Source of the DNA: an uncultured virus (IMG/VR IMGVR_UViG_3300025902_000617)
Lineage: Duplodnaviria; Heunggongvirae; Uroviricota; Caudoviricetes
DNA: 61,039 nucleotides
Virus record (IMG/VR): IMGVR_UViG_3300025902_000617
Direction: 5' to 3' (one strand)
This document shows positions 46,554 to 54,627 of the stretch, piece by piece. A program made the position numbers and the translations under genes. The notes under the pieces were generated by a model. That model was not told the origin of the DNA. It searched no databases and saw only the letters and a list, made by a program, of their open reading frames with translations. Each line of letters opens with the position of its first letter. Position 1 is the stretch's first letter.

Positions 46554-46973
46554 ATGGTCGACTATATGCCAGAAGGCACCAACACCCGCCCCACGGGGGC
46601 AGTTGAACCGGGGATGTACATCACCCCCGTGTATAGCGCAGGTTATTCTCCGCTTACGGTAACGTTTGTGATTATTGCATCTCCCGGGTCGGGGGAACAG
46701 ATTGTGACTGAGTACGCACTTAAGTGCGACGACGGCACAATCGTCAAGGGGAACTTCAAGAGTTTCTGCGGCGGACTCGCAATGGAGACCGTGCAGCACA
46801 CTTATGAGTTTGCTCAGGGAACTTCGAAATACTACGGACACACGTTCTATCCGGATGTCACCATCCAGACGAAGGCGGGCGCCGTCAAGACCATGAACCA
46901 CAATGGTCAGAAGGCCTGTTCCGTGTATGTCAAAGATCCGGCATACACCAAGGACACATCAGACCCCAAGTAA
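46554..46973 (+). CDS. PKD-like single-domain protein
   Basis: GYSPLTVTF..QHTY, GGTGA SD, biased codon use. Confidence 0.6.
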   Translation: MVDYMPEGTNTRPTGAVEPGMYITPVYSAGYSPLTVTFVIIASPGSGEQIVTEYALKCDDGTIVKGNFKSFCGGLAMETVQHTYEFAQGTSKYYGHTFYPDVTIQTKAGAVKTMNHNGQKACSVYVKDPAYTKDTSDPK

Positions 46974-47066
46974 TCTTTTTTTGGGGTTTGACACCCCATT
47001 TCGTAAAATTCGCGTTTTTCGCCAAGCTTTATAATATCGAAAGTCCAATACTATTGTGATAAAACA

Positions 47067-47882
47067 ATGTCGAAAGAGATACCTGTGGTAACGAAGATCA
47101 TCCCGAAGGTAGACAAAATATACGTCTATCCTCTGTGTGATCTGCATGTTGGAGATCCGTATTTTGATGAAAAGAAACTCAGGGGATACCTGAAAATTAT
47201 TGCAGAAACAGAAGAAGCATATTGTCTTTTCAATGGAGATCTCGTGAATAACACTCTACCCGGTGGCGTTGGCGGAGAAGATTTCTGGGATCAGAAACCC
47301 CTGACACCGCAAGCGCAGCACGAATATATCGTGGATCTGGTTCAAGAATATGAAATCGAAGATAAGATTCTCGCTATTGTTGGCGGATCAAACCATCCCG
47401 GAAGGTCTAAAAAGGCAATCGGGCACGATTATGACAAACAGTTTGCCAAGGATCTCGGTCTTATGGATGTTTACGCCGACCCCATTGTCATGCTATTTGT
47501 GGGAGTTGGTGGGAGAATAAAGGCAACCGACACCCATCACGCAGGGACTCCGATTTGGTATTCTGCTGTGGCAACCCACGGGTTCGCAGGTGGACGGCTC
47601 GCTGGAAGTTCCGTTAATGCTACGCGAAGTCTCGGGTCGATATACGGGTCTGATATTGTGATTACTTCGCACAGGCATCTCGATGCTGTCACCAAAGACG
47701 AATTCTATGGTGTCGACTATCATAACAAAAGTGTTACCAAAATGAAGAGAATGTTTGTAAGTGCGGGTACGTTTTTGGGGTACTCTTCGTATGCAATTCG
47801 GAAGGGACTTCAGCCGAATGGTACTGGCACCCCGAGAATACGCCTAGACGGGCGCAAAAAGGATGTTCACGTATCTGTGTGA
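47067..47882 (+). CDS. Calcineurin-like metallophosphoesterase (nuclease type)
   Basis: DLHVG, NGDLVN, GSNH, THG, SHRH. Confidence 0.85.
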   Translation: MSKEIPVVTKIIPKVDKIYVYPLCDLHVGDPYFDEKKLRGYLKIIAETEEAYCLFNGDLVNNTLPGGVGGEDFWDQKPLTPQAQHEYIVDLVQEYEIEDKILAIVGGSNHPGRSKKAIGHDYDKQFAKDLGLMDVYADPIVMLFVGVGGRIKATDTHHAGTPIWYSAVATHGFAGGRLAGSSVNATRSLGSIYGSDIVITSHRHLDAVTKDEFYGVDYHNKSVTKMKRMFVSAGTFLGYSSYAIRKGLQPNGTGTPRIRLDGRKKDVHVSV

Positions 47883-48445
47883 AACCCATGTACGAAGGCA
47901 ATAACGAAATTGACAAACCAAAACCCGAGGAATGGTCGCCGATAGATGTAGAGAGACTTTTTATATTTTGCCTTTTTGACCGCGCGATGCCATACGAAAA
48001 GGTGTGCAAATCGTATGAGTTTTTCGATAAACAAGGACTGCTCGATTTTGACAAAATTTGCAAGTCCGGTTACGAATCTCTTATCTTTACCTGTAAGGCA
48101 TCCGGATTAAGATTCTATCGTGAAACGGCAAGATACCTTTTCGAAAACGCCACCATGCATAACGGTGATTCTCTCATGAAAATGACGCGCGACGAACTGG
48201 TGCAAAAATGCCCCGGCATTGGGTACAAATTAGCATCCATGTTTTGTAATCGCATTCACAAAACTCAATACGCAATCATCGATGTTCATATTGATCGGTT
48301 TCTCGCTGCCCACGGATGTGTTGCAAAAACATATCTAAGCAAGGAAAAAGATTTTATTGAAATCGCGCGCGGAATGAATATGACCCCAGACGAACTTGAC
48401 TGGAAAATCTGGAACGAGAATAGGATTGGAAATCGTAAAAAATGA
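47879..48445 (+). CDS. HhH-GPD DNA glycosylase/AP lyase, archaeal OGG-like
   Basis: PGIGYKLASMF (HhH plus catalytic Lys), AIIDVHI (catalytic Asp), Y...E..F..IA, ELDWKIW. Confidence 0.75.
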   Translation: MKPMYEGNNEIDKPKPEEWSPIDVERLFIFCLFDRAMPYEKVCKSYEFFDKQGLLDFDKICKSGYESLIFTCKASGLRFYRETARYLFENATMHNGDSLMKMTRDELVQKCPGIGYKLASMFCNRIHKTQYAIIDVHIDRFLAAHGCVAKTYLSKEKDFIEIARGMNMTPDELDWKIWNENRIGNRKK

Positions 48446-48492
48446 ATCACGTCATGCGGTAAGTATTTAACTATGGAAACCAAAGAAACGGT

Positions 48493-48837
48493 ATGATCCG
48501 CGGAACTACCGATCTCGATACCATTTTTGATACGCTTGTCGCACTCGTGGCTACAATGAAGGAAGAAGAATGGAGTGTTGATTATACACACGCCCACGCG
48601 CCTATCGCTGGGGTTATGATTGTCCGGAAGATGCCCGGAGAAGAGATCGACGAATTCCAGAAAGATATCGATGAAAGCACAAAAGAAGCTTCAGAAAACG
48701 TGGACAAAATCGAGATGATAAGAGCCATGTGCACGTATATTTCCAATCATTACGAAAAATTGGTAGATATTGGGAATATGTGGCAACAGACCGCAACTAA
48801 CGAAAAATTTGAAGATCCGGGTCGGCATTACCAATAA
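48493..48837 (+). CDS. Hypothetical protein
   Basis: Own TATA-like box upstream. Confidence 0.55.
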   Translation: MIRGTTDLDTIFDTLVALVATMKEEEWSVDYTHAHAPIAGVMIVRKMPGEEIDEFQKDIDESTKEASENVDKIEMIRAMCTYISNHYEKLVDIGNMWQQTATNEKFEDPGRHYQ

Positions 48838-48870
48838 ATTTAAATACTTTATATGTCTATTTTATACTTT

Positions 48871-49005
48871 ATGCTGTTGGATCCGAATGCCGGTTATATT
48901 GTCATTGGCGCTATACTGTCAAGTCTATCGGCATGTGGACTCTGGTATATAATTACTCCCCCGCGCCGATCAACGCGGAAACCGAGAAAGAAATATTATC
49001 GCTAA
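48871..49005 (+). CDS. 44-aa membrane peptide with basic tail (not in ORF track)
   Basis: MLLDPNAGYIVIGAILSSLSACGLWYIITPPRRSTRKPRKKYYR. TTTAAATA ~25 nt upstream. Confidence 0.6.
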   Translation: MLLDPNAGYIVIGAILSSLSACGLWYIITPPRRSTRKPRKKYYR

Positions 49006-49020
49006 TTTTATAATTGATTA

Positions 49021-49092
49021 CTCCAGTGGCAGGGTTCGAACCTACGACACAAGTTTAACGGACTTGTATATTACCAACTATACTACACTGGA
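49021..49092 (-). tRNA. tRNA-Asn(GTT)
   Basis: Cloverleaf, acceptor TCCAGTG/CACTGGA, anticodon loop CC-GTT-AA (C33), G73, no CCA. Confidence 0.9.
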
Positions 49093-49095
49093 ACA

Positions 49096-49177
49096 TAGGT
49101 GCGCCCGGAATCGAACCGGGGTAAGCCTGCGCAATCGGGTTTGAGCCGATCCCATTTGACCTCTCTGGCACGCACCT
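49096..49177 (-). tRNA. tRNA-Leu(CAA)
   Basis: Cloverleaf with long variable arm, loop CT-CAA-AC, A73, no CCA. Confidence 0.88.
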
Positions 49178-49179
49178 TA

Positions 49180-49264
49180 TGGGTGTGATAGGATTCGAAC
49201 CTATGTAAAAGCACTAAGCACTGCGTTCTAAGCGCAGCAGATTTGACCACTCTCTCACACACCC
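49180..49264 (-). tRNA. tRNA-Leu(TAG)
   Basis: GGGTGTG/CACACCC, loop CT-TAG-AA, long variable arm, A73. Confidence 0.9.
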
Positions 49265-49267
49265 AAG

Positions 49268-49338
49268 CGCGACTGGAAGGAGTCGAACCTTCGTGATCTG
49301 ATCTTCAGTCAGACGAACTCCCGTTGTTCTACAGTCGC
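49268..49338 (-). tRNA. tRNA-Phe(GAA)
   Basis: GCGACTG/CAGTCGC, loop CT-GAA-GA, G73. Confidence 0.88.
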
Positions 49339-49341
49339 CCA

Positions 49342-49424
49342 TGCGTCCGGGAGGACTTGCACCTCCAATGTTTCCTTGTGCGCCGGTTTAAACGGCGTGC
49401 GTTCAGCTGTTTCGCCACGGACGC
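49342..49424 (-). tRNA. tRNA-Leu(TAA), atypical D and T loops
   Basis: GCGTCCG/CGGACGC, loop TT-TAA-AC, D-loop lacks GG, T-loop TGCAAGT. Confidence 0.8.
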
Positions 49425-49427
49425 AAA

Positions 49428-49511
49428 CGCCACGGGAAGGAATTGAACCTTCAACGCCTTTCAGCGCGCACGTTTTCAGGACGTGTTGACGCGCCACCTG
49501 TCCACCGTGGC
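49428..49511 (-). tRNA. tRNA-Ser(TGA)
   Basis: GCCACGG/CCGTGGC, loop CC-TGA-AA (C33), long variable arm, G73. Confidence 0.87.
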
Positions 49512-49531
49512 TTTTGTGTTCCCTTTCGGGA

Positions 49532-49602
49532 AGGATGTAGCAGGGATCGAACCTGCCTATTCGGGTCTGCAACCCGACGCCTTGCCACTAGGCTATACAC
49601 CC
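49532..49602 (-). tRNA. tRNA-Cys(GCA)
   Basis: GGGTGTA/TACATCC, loop TT-GCA-GA (G37, archaeal/eukaryal type), U73. Confidence 0.9.
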
Positions 49603-49606
49603 AAAG

Positions 49607-49679
49607 AGGGCTAGATGGGAATCGAACCCATTTTTTCTCGCTTACAGGGCGAGCGCAGTTCCATTACCGCTCCTAACCC
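49607..49679 (-). tRNA. tRNA-Thr(TGT)
   Basis: GGGTTAG/CTAGCCC, loop CC-TGT-AA (C33), G at position 8, U73. Confidence 0.85.
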
Positions 49680-49681
49680 AA

Positions 49682-49768
49682 CGCCAGCGGAACGATTCGA
49701 ACGTTCGTTTCCGAAAGGAAAGCCTTGTTAGCAACAAGGTGAGTTAAACCAAACTCCCCCACGCTGGC
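49682..49768 (-). tRNA. tRNA-Ser(GCT)
   Basis: GCCAGCG/CGCTGGC, loop TT-GCT-AA, long variable arm, G73. Confidence 0.9.
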
Positions 49769-49769
49769 A

Positions 49770-49932
49770 AAAACCAATACAAAACGCTCTCACAACGTCA
49801 GCGCTGTGGTGAGCAGACTGAAACGACACGAGGAACGTGCCCGTAAAACAGTATTAGAGATATTAGCATCCTTCTCTCCATCTAGTCTGCACATGATACT
49901 ATGTGTTGGTTTTCAAAGTTAATAAAGGTTTG
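49770..49932 (-). promoter_or_regulatory. tRNA-array promoter and structured leader
   Basis: AAACC-TTTATTAA (BRE/TATA) ~49919-49931; stems GCAGACT/AGTCTGC, GGCACG/CGTGTC and CACAGCG/CGTTGTG. Confidence 0.55.
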
Positions 49933-49976
49933 TTTTCTGTGGGAACATTTAAATATTCTAGCGGTTATTTTATAGT

Positions 49977-50537
49977 ATGGGTATATTCGGATTCGAGGGA
50001 AAGTTAGATCAGGAAGCGGCAAAGAAATCCCCGGATCTGTTTTTAATGTCTATACCGGAATGTGAATGTAATTGCTATCTGTGTAACAGAGCATGCGAAG
50101 AAGCTCCTTGCTGGGGATTGCCATCAGAGATCGAGCGTCTGATGGATGAAGGGTACGGCAATAAACTTTCAGATTATGTTGTAGAGCCGGGATATTATCA
50201 TTTACCAAACACACGAGTACGCACTCACTGGCCGAACCCAGATGTGCATATAATCGCTCCCGCTGCAACTGGATATGGTGGATTACGCCGCGGATCCACA
50301 CCCACTTTTATAACATTCAGAGGAAGATGTGTTTTTTTACGTGGGCGCGGGAGAAAAACAGTATGCGAATTGCACCCTACGGGACTTAAACCAATTGAAG
50401 GACGAGTAGCATCGCACGATACCAGTTTTGATGATGGTATCCTCATACGTGAGGCTATTATAGATGTATGGGATACCGATTATGGACGAAGTGTTGTTAG
50501 CAGATGGCTGTACGACTTTTCAAAATATCGCATCTGA
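49977..50537 (+). CDS. Cys-cluster protein (YkgJ-like)
   Basis: CNCYLC..AC...PC; CVFL...CELH...KP.EGR. Confidence 0.65.
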   Translation: MGIFGFEGKLDQEAAKKSPDLFLMSIPECECNCYLCNRACEEAPCWGLPSEIERLMDEGYGNKLSDYVVEPGYYHLPNTRVRTHWPNPDVHIIAPAATGYGGLRRGSTPTFITFRGRCVFLRGRGRKTVCELHPTGLKPIEGRVASHDTSFDDGILIREAIIDVWDTDYGRSVVSRWLYDFSKYRI

Positions 50538-50553
50538 TAAAGATAAAAAAAGA

Positions 50554-50853
50554 TTATTGCTTCCTATTCGCAAGGAAATACCCGATTGCAAGAATGCCGA
50601 GTATTGCAACACCAGTGCCGATAAGAATCTTTGCTCCTTCTGGGTCTTCCTGACTCATAATCGAACCGGTGGCCGGGAGCTCGATACCATCTCCATACAA
50701 TCCCGATTTCCCGCCGGGGTATAAATCACCGATTAACGGAATTGGGCTTTCCCACGGCTTGTTTTTTCTCCACCTGTTGGGGTTCACAACATAATTCCTA
50801 CCCGGGATTCCCGGGGGGGTGTAACTGCGTTTGCTTCGCGTAGACTTAGCCAT
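50554..50853 (-). CDS. Small protein with basic N-terminus and C-terminal TM
   Basis: ILIGTGVAILGILAIGYFL-ANRKQ. Confidence 0.65.
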   Translation of the reverse strand: MAKSTRSKRSYTPPGIPGRNYVVNPNRWRKNKPWESPIPLIGDLYPGGKSGLYGDGIELPATGSIMSQEDPEGAKILIGTGVAILGILAIGYFLANRKQ

Positions 50854-50918
50854 GGTATATTGTGAGCTGGAGAACTATTAAATACTTTCGCTGCAATATC
50901 TTATAATGGTGAAAAACC

Positions 50919-51296
50919 ATGGTTGATATAATTCAGATTGTAATGGAGAATTCAGAAATAATCCTTCTGATCATCTCAGTTGTGCTCGCGATGGTCGCGC
51001 GGTACTTCCAGAATGAAGCCACATCGCTCAAGGAGGCGGTTCAGGCTGTAAACACCCTGTCACAGACTGTTCTCGATTCGATTAAGGACGGCGCTGTGTC
51101 GCAGGAAGAGCTTACTGATATTCTCGCGAAGATTCAGATCGCGAAAAAGGAGATTCAGGATGTTGTAGATATTATCATCCCGCCCCCGACGCTCTCTGAA
51201 CAGATCAAGACTGTGTTCCTCGGATTCCGTAGGCCACAGGTGGAGAACTTCGCCCGTAAAGCTCAGGAATTTAGAATGACAAAGAAGTTCCAGTAA
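50919..51296 (+). CDS. N-terminal TM plus helical protein (holin-like architecture)
   Basis: Single TM, IKDGAVSQEEL, GGTGA SD. Confidence 0.55.
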   Translation: MVDIIQIVMENSEIILLIISVVLAMVARYFQNEATSLKEAVQAVNTLSQTVLDSIKDGAVSQEELTDILAKIQIAKKEIQDVVDIIIPPPTLSEQIKTVFLGFRRPQVENFARKAQEFRMTKKFQ

Positions 51297-51327
51297 CTTC
51301 TTTTTCATTTAGATTAGGTGGAAAAAT

Positions 51328-51729
51328 ATGGAGCTTTCGGAAGTTGGAACTATTGTTGGGATTTCGTGTGCTATTATAGGTCTATTAATTGAACATTTCC
51401 ACTTTAACGCACAGGTTCAGGATCGTCTGGCTCGTCTTGAAACTAAAGTGGATCTCTTTTGGTCAGCCCTCGGGCAGCAGCTTGCCCCAATGTTACTTCG
51501 TGGGAATCCCATTGCAGCCGACAGCCCGCTTGCACAACTAATTCGCGAATATCATACGCAGTCCCAACACCCACGTTGCTCGTGCATAATGCCAAAAGAA
51601 CATCACGAAGATCTGATAAAACTTCTCGAAGTGGAAGTGAATGATTTCGAGAAGGATCACGACGCGAGTGAGCGTCTGGTTATGGCAATGCTTCTTGCCG
51701 TTTTGAAAACGGCAGACGGGGGGGCTTGA
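51328..51729 (+). CDS. N-terminal TM protein; C-terminal domain paralogous to 52038-52235
   Basis: LIKLL..E...DHD.SERLVMAMLLAVL. Confidence 0.65.
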   Translation: MELSEVGTIVGISCAIIGLLIEHFHFNAQVQDRLARLETKVDLFWSALGQQLAPMLLRGNPIAADSPLAQLIREYHTQSQHPRCSCIMPKEHHEDLIKLLEVEVNDFEKDHDASERLVMAMLLAVLKTADGGA

Positions 51730-52031
51730 TGATATTGATGTTGTCAATGATATTTGCGATAATCGTAATCATCGCGTTACTGTTTTTGTGTTATGCGAGT
51801 TATAAGATAACACACATTTTCGGTGAGCGCATCCCGTGGTGGTTTGGGATATTGCACTATTTGTTCGTATACGAACTTGCAATCAGAATCGGGAGATTGT
51901 TTGTAATTACGGGTACTATTCCGATGGTATACGATTCTTATCTAACGGCGGCTGGGACGGTATTTTGGGTAGGAATTGCGATATTCCTGTTCAGATTATA
52001 CCAAACTTCGGAAGAGGTTACACATCGGTGA
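51726..52031 (+). CDS. Three-TM membrane protein
   Basis: SYKITH.F...PWWF..L...FVY, paralog of 52232-52558. Confidence 0.7.
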   Translation: MMILMLSMIFAIIVIIALLFLCYASYKITHIFGERIPWWFGILHYLFVYELAIRIGRLFVITGTIPMVYDSYLTAAGTVFWVGIAIFLFRLYQTSEEVTHR

Positions 52032-52037
52032 GATTGT

Positions 52038-52235
52038 ATGCAACTTGTCCAAAGTACGTGCGAAAATGAATTCGAAACCCTTCTCAAAAAATACCAATCC
52101 GGATATTTGTCAGACGAAGAAAACGAAAGATTAATAAGTATTCTCAACCAAGAGATACAATATGGAGATCACGACGATGGAGAGAAACTTATAATGACAA
52201 TGCTCGGCGCGGTGCTGATAGCGAAGTCGGTGTGA
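52038..52235 (+). CDS. Small helical protein, paralog of the 51328 C-terminal domain
   Basis: LISIL..E...DHDDGEKLIMTMLGAVL. Confidence 0.65.
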   Translation: MQLVQSTCENEFETLLKKYQSGYLSDEENERLISILNQEIQYGDHDDGEKLIMTMLGAVLIAKSV

Positions 52236-52558
52236 TCATGATAGATAATATTATTATAGCATTAGACGTGATAACGGTATTACTAGTATCACTGCTTTTT
52301 ATCCTATCGTATAAATTAATTCACACCTTTGATAAGTGCGGGGGGAGAAAACCGTGGTGGTTTTATTTGCTCCCGACAACGTTCGTCTACGGTTTTGTTT
52401 GCAGATCGCTACTATTGCTTATAGTATTGGGATATCTCCCAGAATCGTCAACGGATGTGGTTGTTGCCATGTATGCAATGTTTTATGTTGGTTTGATCGG
52501 ATTCATCCACGGAATGAATTTAATATGTGATCGCATAGTTGCGAAAAGGAAAATATAA
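52232..52558 (+). CDS. Three-TM membrane protein
   Basis: SYKLIH.F....KPWWF.LL..TFVY. Confidence 0.7.
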   Translation: MIMIDNIIIALDVITVLLVSLLFILSYKLIHTFDKCGGRKPWWFYLLPTTFVYGFVCRSLLLLIVLGYLPESSTDVVVAMYAMFYVGLIGFIHGMNLICDRIVAKRKI

Positions 52559-52606
52559 CACATCACGTTTCAATAATTTTAAATAGTACATTGACAGATA
52601 AATGGT

Positions 52607-52861
52607 ATGCCACTCAAATGCGGAAAGAAATACGTCAGTTATAATATCCGCGAACTTATGCATTCCGGAAGGAAACAAAAACAGGCGGTAGCGATTGCAC
52701 TATCATTCAACCGCAAATGTCATCATTCGAGTAATAAAACATCGCGTGGTATGAAAAAGTGTATCATAGGGAAAATGAACCGCGCGGTATTCAATAATGT
52801 GAAAACAGCAAGAACGAAATTCAGACGCATTGTACAAGCATGCCAAAGAAAACTTTTTTAA
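52607..52861 (+). CDS. Basic protein 1 (putative nucleoprotein)
   Basis: MPLK.GK...S.NIRELMHSGR.QKQAVAIALS plus the KKC..KF..C family motif. Confidence 0.65.
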   Translation: MPLKCGKKYVSYNIRELMHSGRKQKQAVAIALSFNRKCHHSSNKTSRGMKKCIIGKMNRAVFNNVKTARTKFRRIVQACQRKLF

Positions 52862-52921
52862 AAAAGATTTTGAAGAGGGTTTAAATACTTATATCTCCTA
52901 TACGTTATCTGGTGTAATAAC

Positions 52922-53305
52922 GTGACATGTAAGTGTATGTGCCATAAAACGCACGGACGCTGTGTCTCGCGGTCTGCACCAAGGAGACAGACTATGGTTA
53001 AAAGGGCACGCAGAAGCACCCGGGTAAAGCCGGGCTTTAAGAAATGCCTCATTTCCAAGCTTCGTGGAGCAAAGATCAAGACTGCGAAACAGGCACGGAA
53101 GGCATTCAGCGTTGCGACAAAAAAGTGTCGCAAGGTTGCAGCAAAGAAGATGAAAAAGTGCAAGTATGGACACCGCAAGGGCAGTTCAATGTGCCTCAAG
53201 CGTCCGCGCACTGGTAAGAGGAAAGCAAAGGGCGCAAAACGCCACTGCAAGTATGGACACCGGAAAGGCACAAAGCGCTGCCGCAAGACGCCGAAGCGCC
53301 GGTAA
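52922..53305 (+). CDS. Basic protein 2 (protamine/H1-like, CKYGHRKG x2)
   Basis: Very K/R-rich. Alternative start ATG 52994 has an AGGAG SD. Confidence 0.7.
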   Translation: MTCKCMCHKTHGRCVSRSAPRRQTMVKRARRSTRVKPGFKKCLISKLRGAKIKTAKQARKAFSVATKKCRKVAAKKMKKCKYGHRKGSSMCLKRPRTGKRKAKGAKRHCKYGHRKGTKRCRKTPKRR

Positions 53306-53329
53306 CCTATTTCATCCGGAGTGATTGAA

Positions 53330-53680
53330 ATGGTACGACACAAGAGGGCAACAAAGCGGAAGGGCAAGATTGTCAAGCGTGGGCCAAAAGCCTACGTGTG
53401 CAAACCCGTTAAGGGATCCGCGACAAAATTCAAGAAGTGTATCCTGACCGCGATCCGCGGAACCAAGATCACTACTAAAAAGGGCGCCCAGAAAGCATTC
53501 CGTGCAGCCGCAAAGAAGTGCGGTGTGCTTCTCGCTGGAGCACCGCGCCGGAAGGGTGGACACAAGCGCACTCGCAGGGTCGCTCGCGCCGCATTCAATG
53601 TTGGTCGCTGGAGTGCACCTTCGATGAGTGGCACCCGCGCTCAGATCCGTGCTGCACAGCGGCGTGGACTCCCGCTCTAA
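53330..53680 (+). CDS. Basic protein 3 (protamine/H1-like)
   Basis: K/R-rich, FKKCIL..IRG.KI.T.K.A.KAF..A.KKC, GGAGTG SD, T-tract terminator downstream. Confidence 0.7.
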   Translation: MVRHKRATKRKGKIVKRGPKAYVCKPVKGSATKFKKCILTAIRGTKITTKKGAQKAFRAAAKKCGVLLAGAPRRKGGHKRTRRVARAAFNVGRWSAPSMSGTRAQIRAAQRRGLPL

Positions 53681-53693
53681 ATTTTTTCTTTTT

Positions 53694-54329
53694 TCACCTG
53701 AAAAACTTTGATCTCGGATCCTTGGGTTTCTCGATCCTTTCGAAGTGATTATAATAAGACAGGAAATCCGCGATCTGCATCAGATTGTCATACAGGAGAA
53801 GTGGAACTTCGAACGATTTATCATAGTGCGTATACACGCTGAACGAATGTTCATTCCATGGTCTTCGTAAACCAACGGCAATAAGACCGTGCTCTTTTGC
53901 AATGATAAGGGTTTCGTCCCTGTCGTCGACAACGACGGCTACATTCGGATCCTTGAAAAGTACAGTCTTGTCAAAACCAACAAATACATCGTCATAGTAG
54001 AGATTGTATTTATCGAGCCACTCCTTGAGCACGGACATTCCCGATGGATCTCTGTGCGATGCAACGATCACATAAAACTGTTTTCGTACTGTGTCGAGAA
54101 ACTCCCTTGCATCTGGGAACGGCGCAAAGTCAAGCTGGTGCTCGTGGACTTCATCGAATAATTTGATTGCCTCTGGCTTGGGAATGTACTTGTAAATACT
54201 CCCCCACTCTGTGCATTGCGCGCGCGTTGGGAATTTATAGCCGTGGCTCTCTGCACATTCCCGGAGCGCGTCGTTGAATGCCCATAGGGTTTCATCAACA
54301 TCGACAATTATTATCGGTTTCCTTTCCAT
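53694..54329 (-). CDS. HAD-family 5'(3')-deoxyribonucleotidase-like protein
   Basis: IVDVDETL (DxD), IVASHR, WL, K...VVDD, RPWN. Confidence 0.82.
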   Translation of the reverse strand: MERKPIIIVDVDETLWAFNDALRECAESHGYKFPTRAQCTEWGSIYKYIPKPEAIKLFDEVHEHQLDFAPFPDAREFLDTVRKQFYVIVASHRDPSGMSVLKEWLDKYNLYYDDVFVGFDKTVLFKDPNVAVVVDDRDETLIIAKEHGLIAVGLRRPWNEHSFSVYTHYDKSFEVPLLLYDNLMQIADFLSYYNHFERIEKPKDPRSKFFR

Positions 54330-54357
54330 TTTGAATCACTTTTGTCCCACTGATAGT

Positions 54358-54627
54358 TTATGCATCCAGTGCATCGTCGCGTTCTCTTTCAAGACGCTCT
54401 ATAATAAAGACACAGTAATTTATTAAGTCTGTGTATTCGTCGATCTTCTTTTCAATACTCAGTCCTTCATATCCGCGAACTGCCTTTAAATAAGCAACCG
54501 CCTCAAGAATCTCGATAGGAACAACATCTTTTGGTTCCTGTCTGTACATCTTCCCGCGCTGGTGCTTTATTTCAGTAGCATCCTTTAGGATGCGTTCATA
54601 ATTTTCTTCTCCTGTCATTTCAATCAC
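54358..54627 (-). CDS. All-alpha protein resembling nucleotide-modification-associated phage domains
   Basis: IL..A..I...RG..Y ... KA.R ... D...DLINY. Confidence 0.5.
   Translation of the reverse strand: MIEMTGEENYERILKDATEIKHQRGKMYRQEPKDVVPIEILEAVAYLKAVRGYEGLSIEKKIDEYTDLINYCVFIIERLERERDDALDA

Noticed and set aside
49428..49511. tRNA with 'TGA' as a selenocysteine or opal suppressor
   Set aside because: TGA is the anticodon, which reads TCA (Ser). A suppressor would need anticodon TCA. No CTA (Pyl) anticodon was found either.
49309..49676. ORFs overlapping the tRNA array
   Set aside because: The region is fully explained by tRNA cloverleaves.
52858..53634. Minus-strand hydrophobic ORFs opposite the basic proteins
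   Set aside because: They are antisense to Lys/Arg codons (giving Phe/Leu/Ala). The plus strand has the promoter, SD sites and a shared paralog motif.
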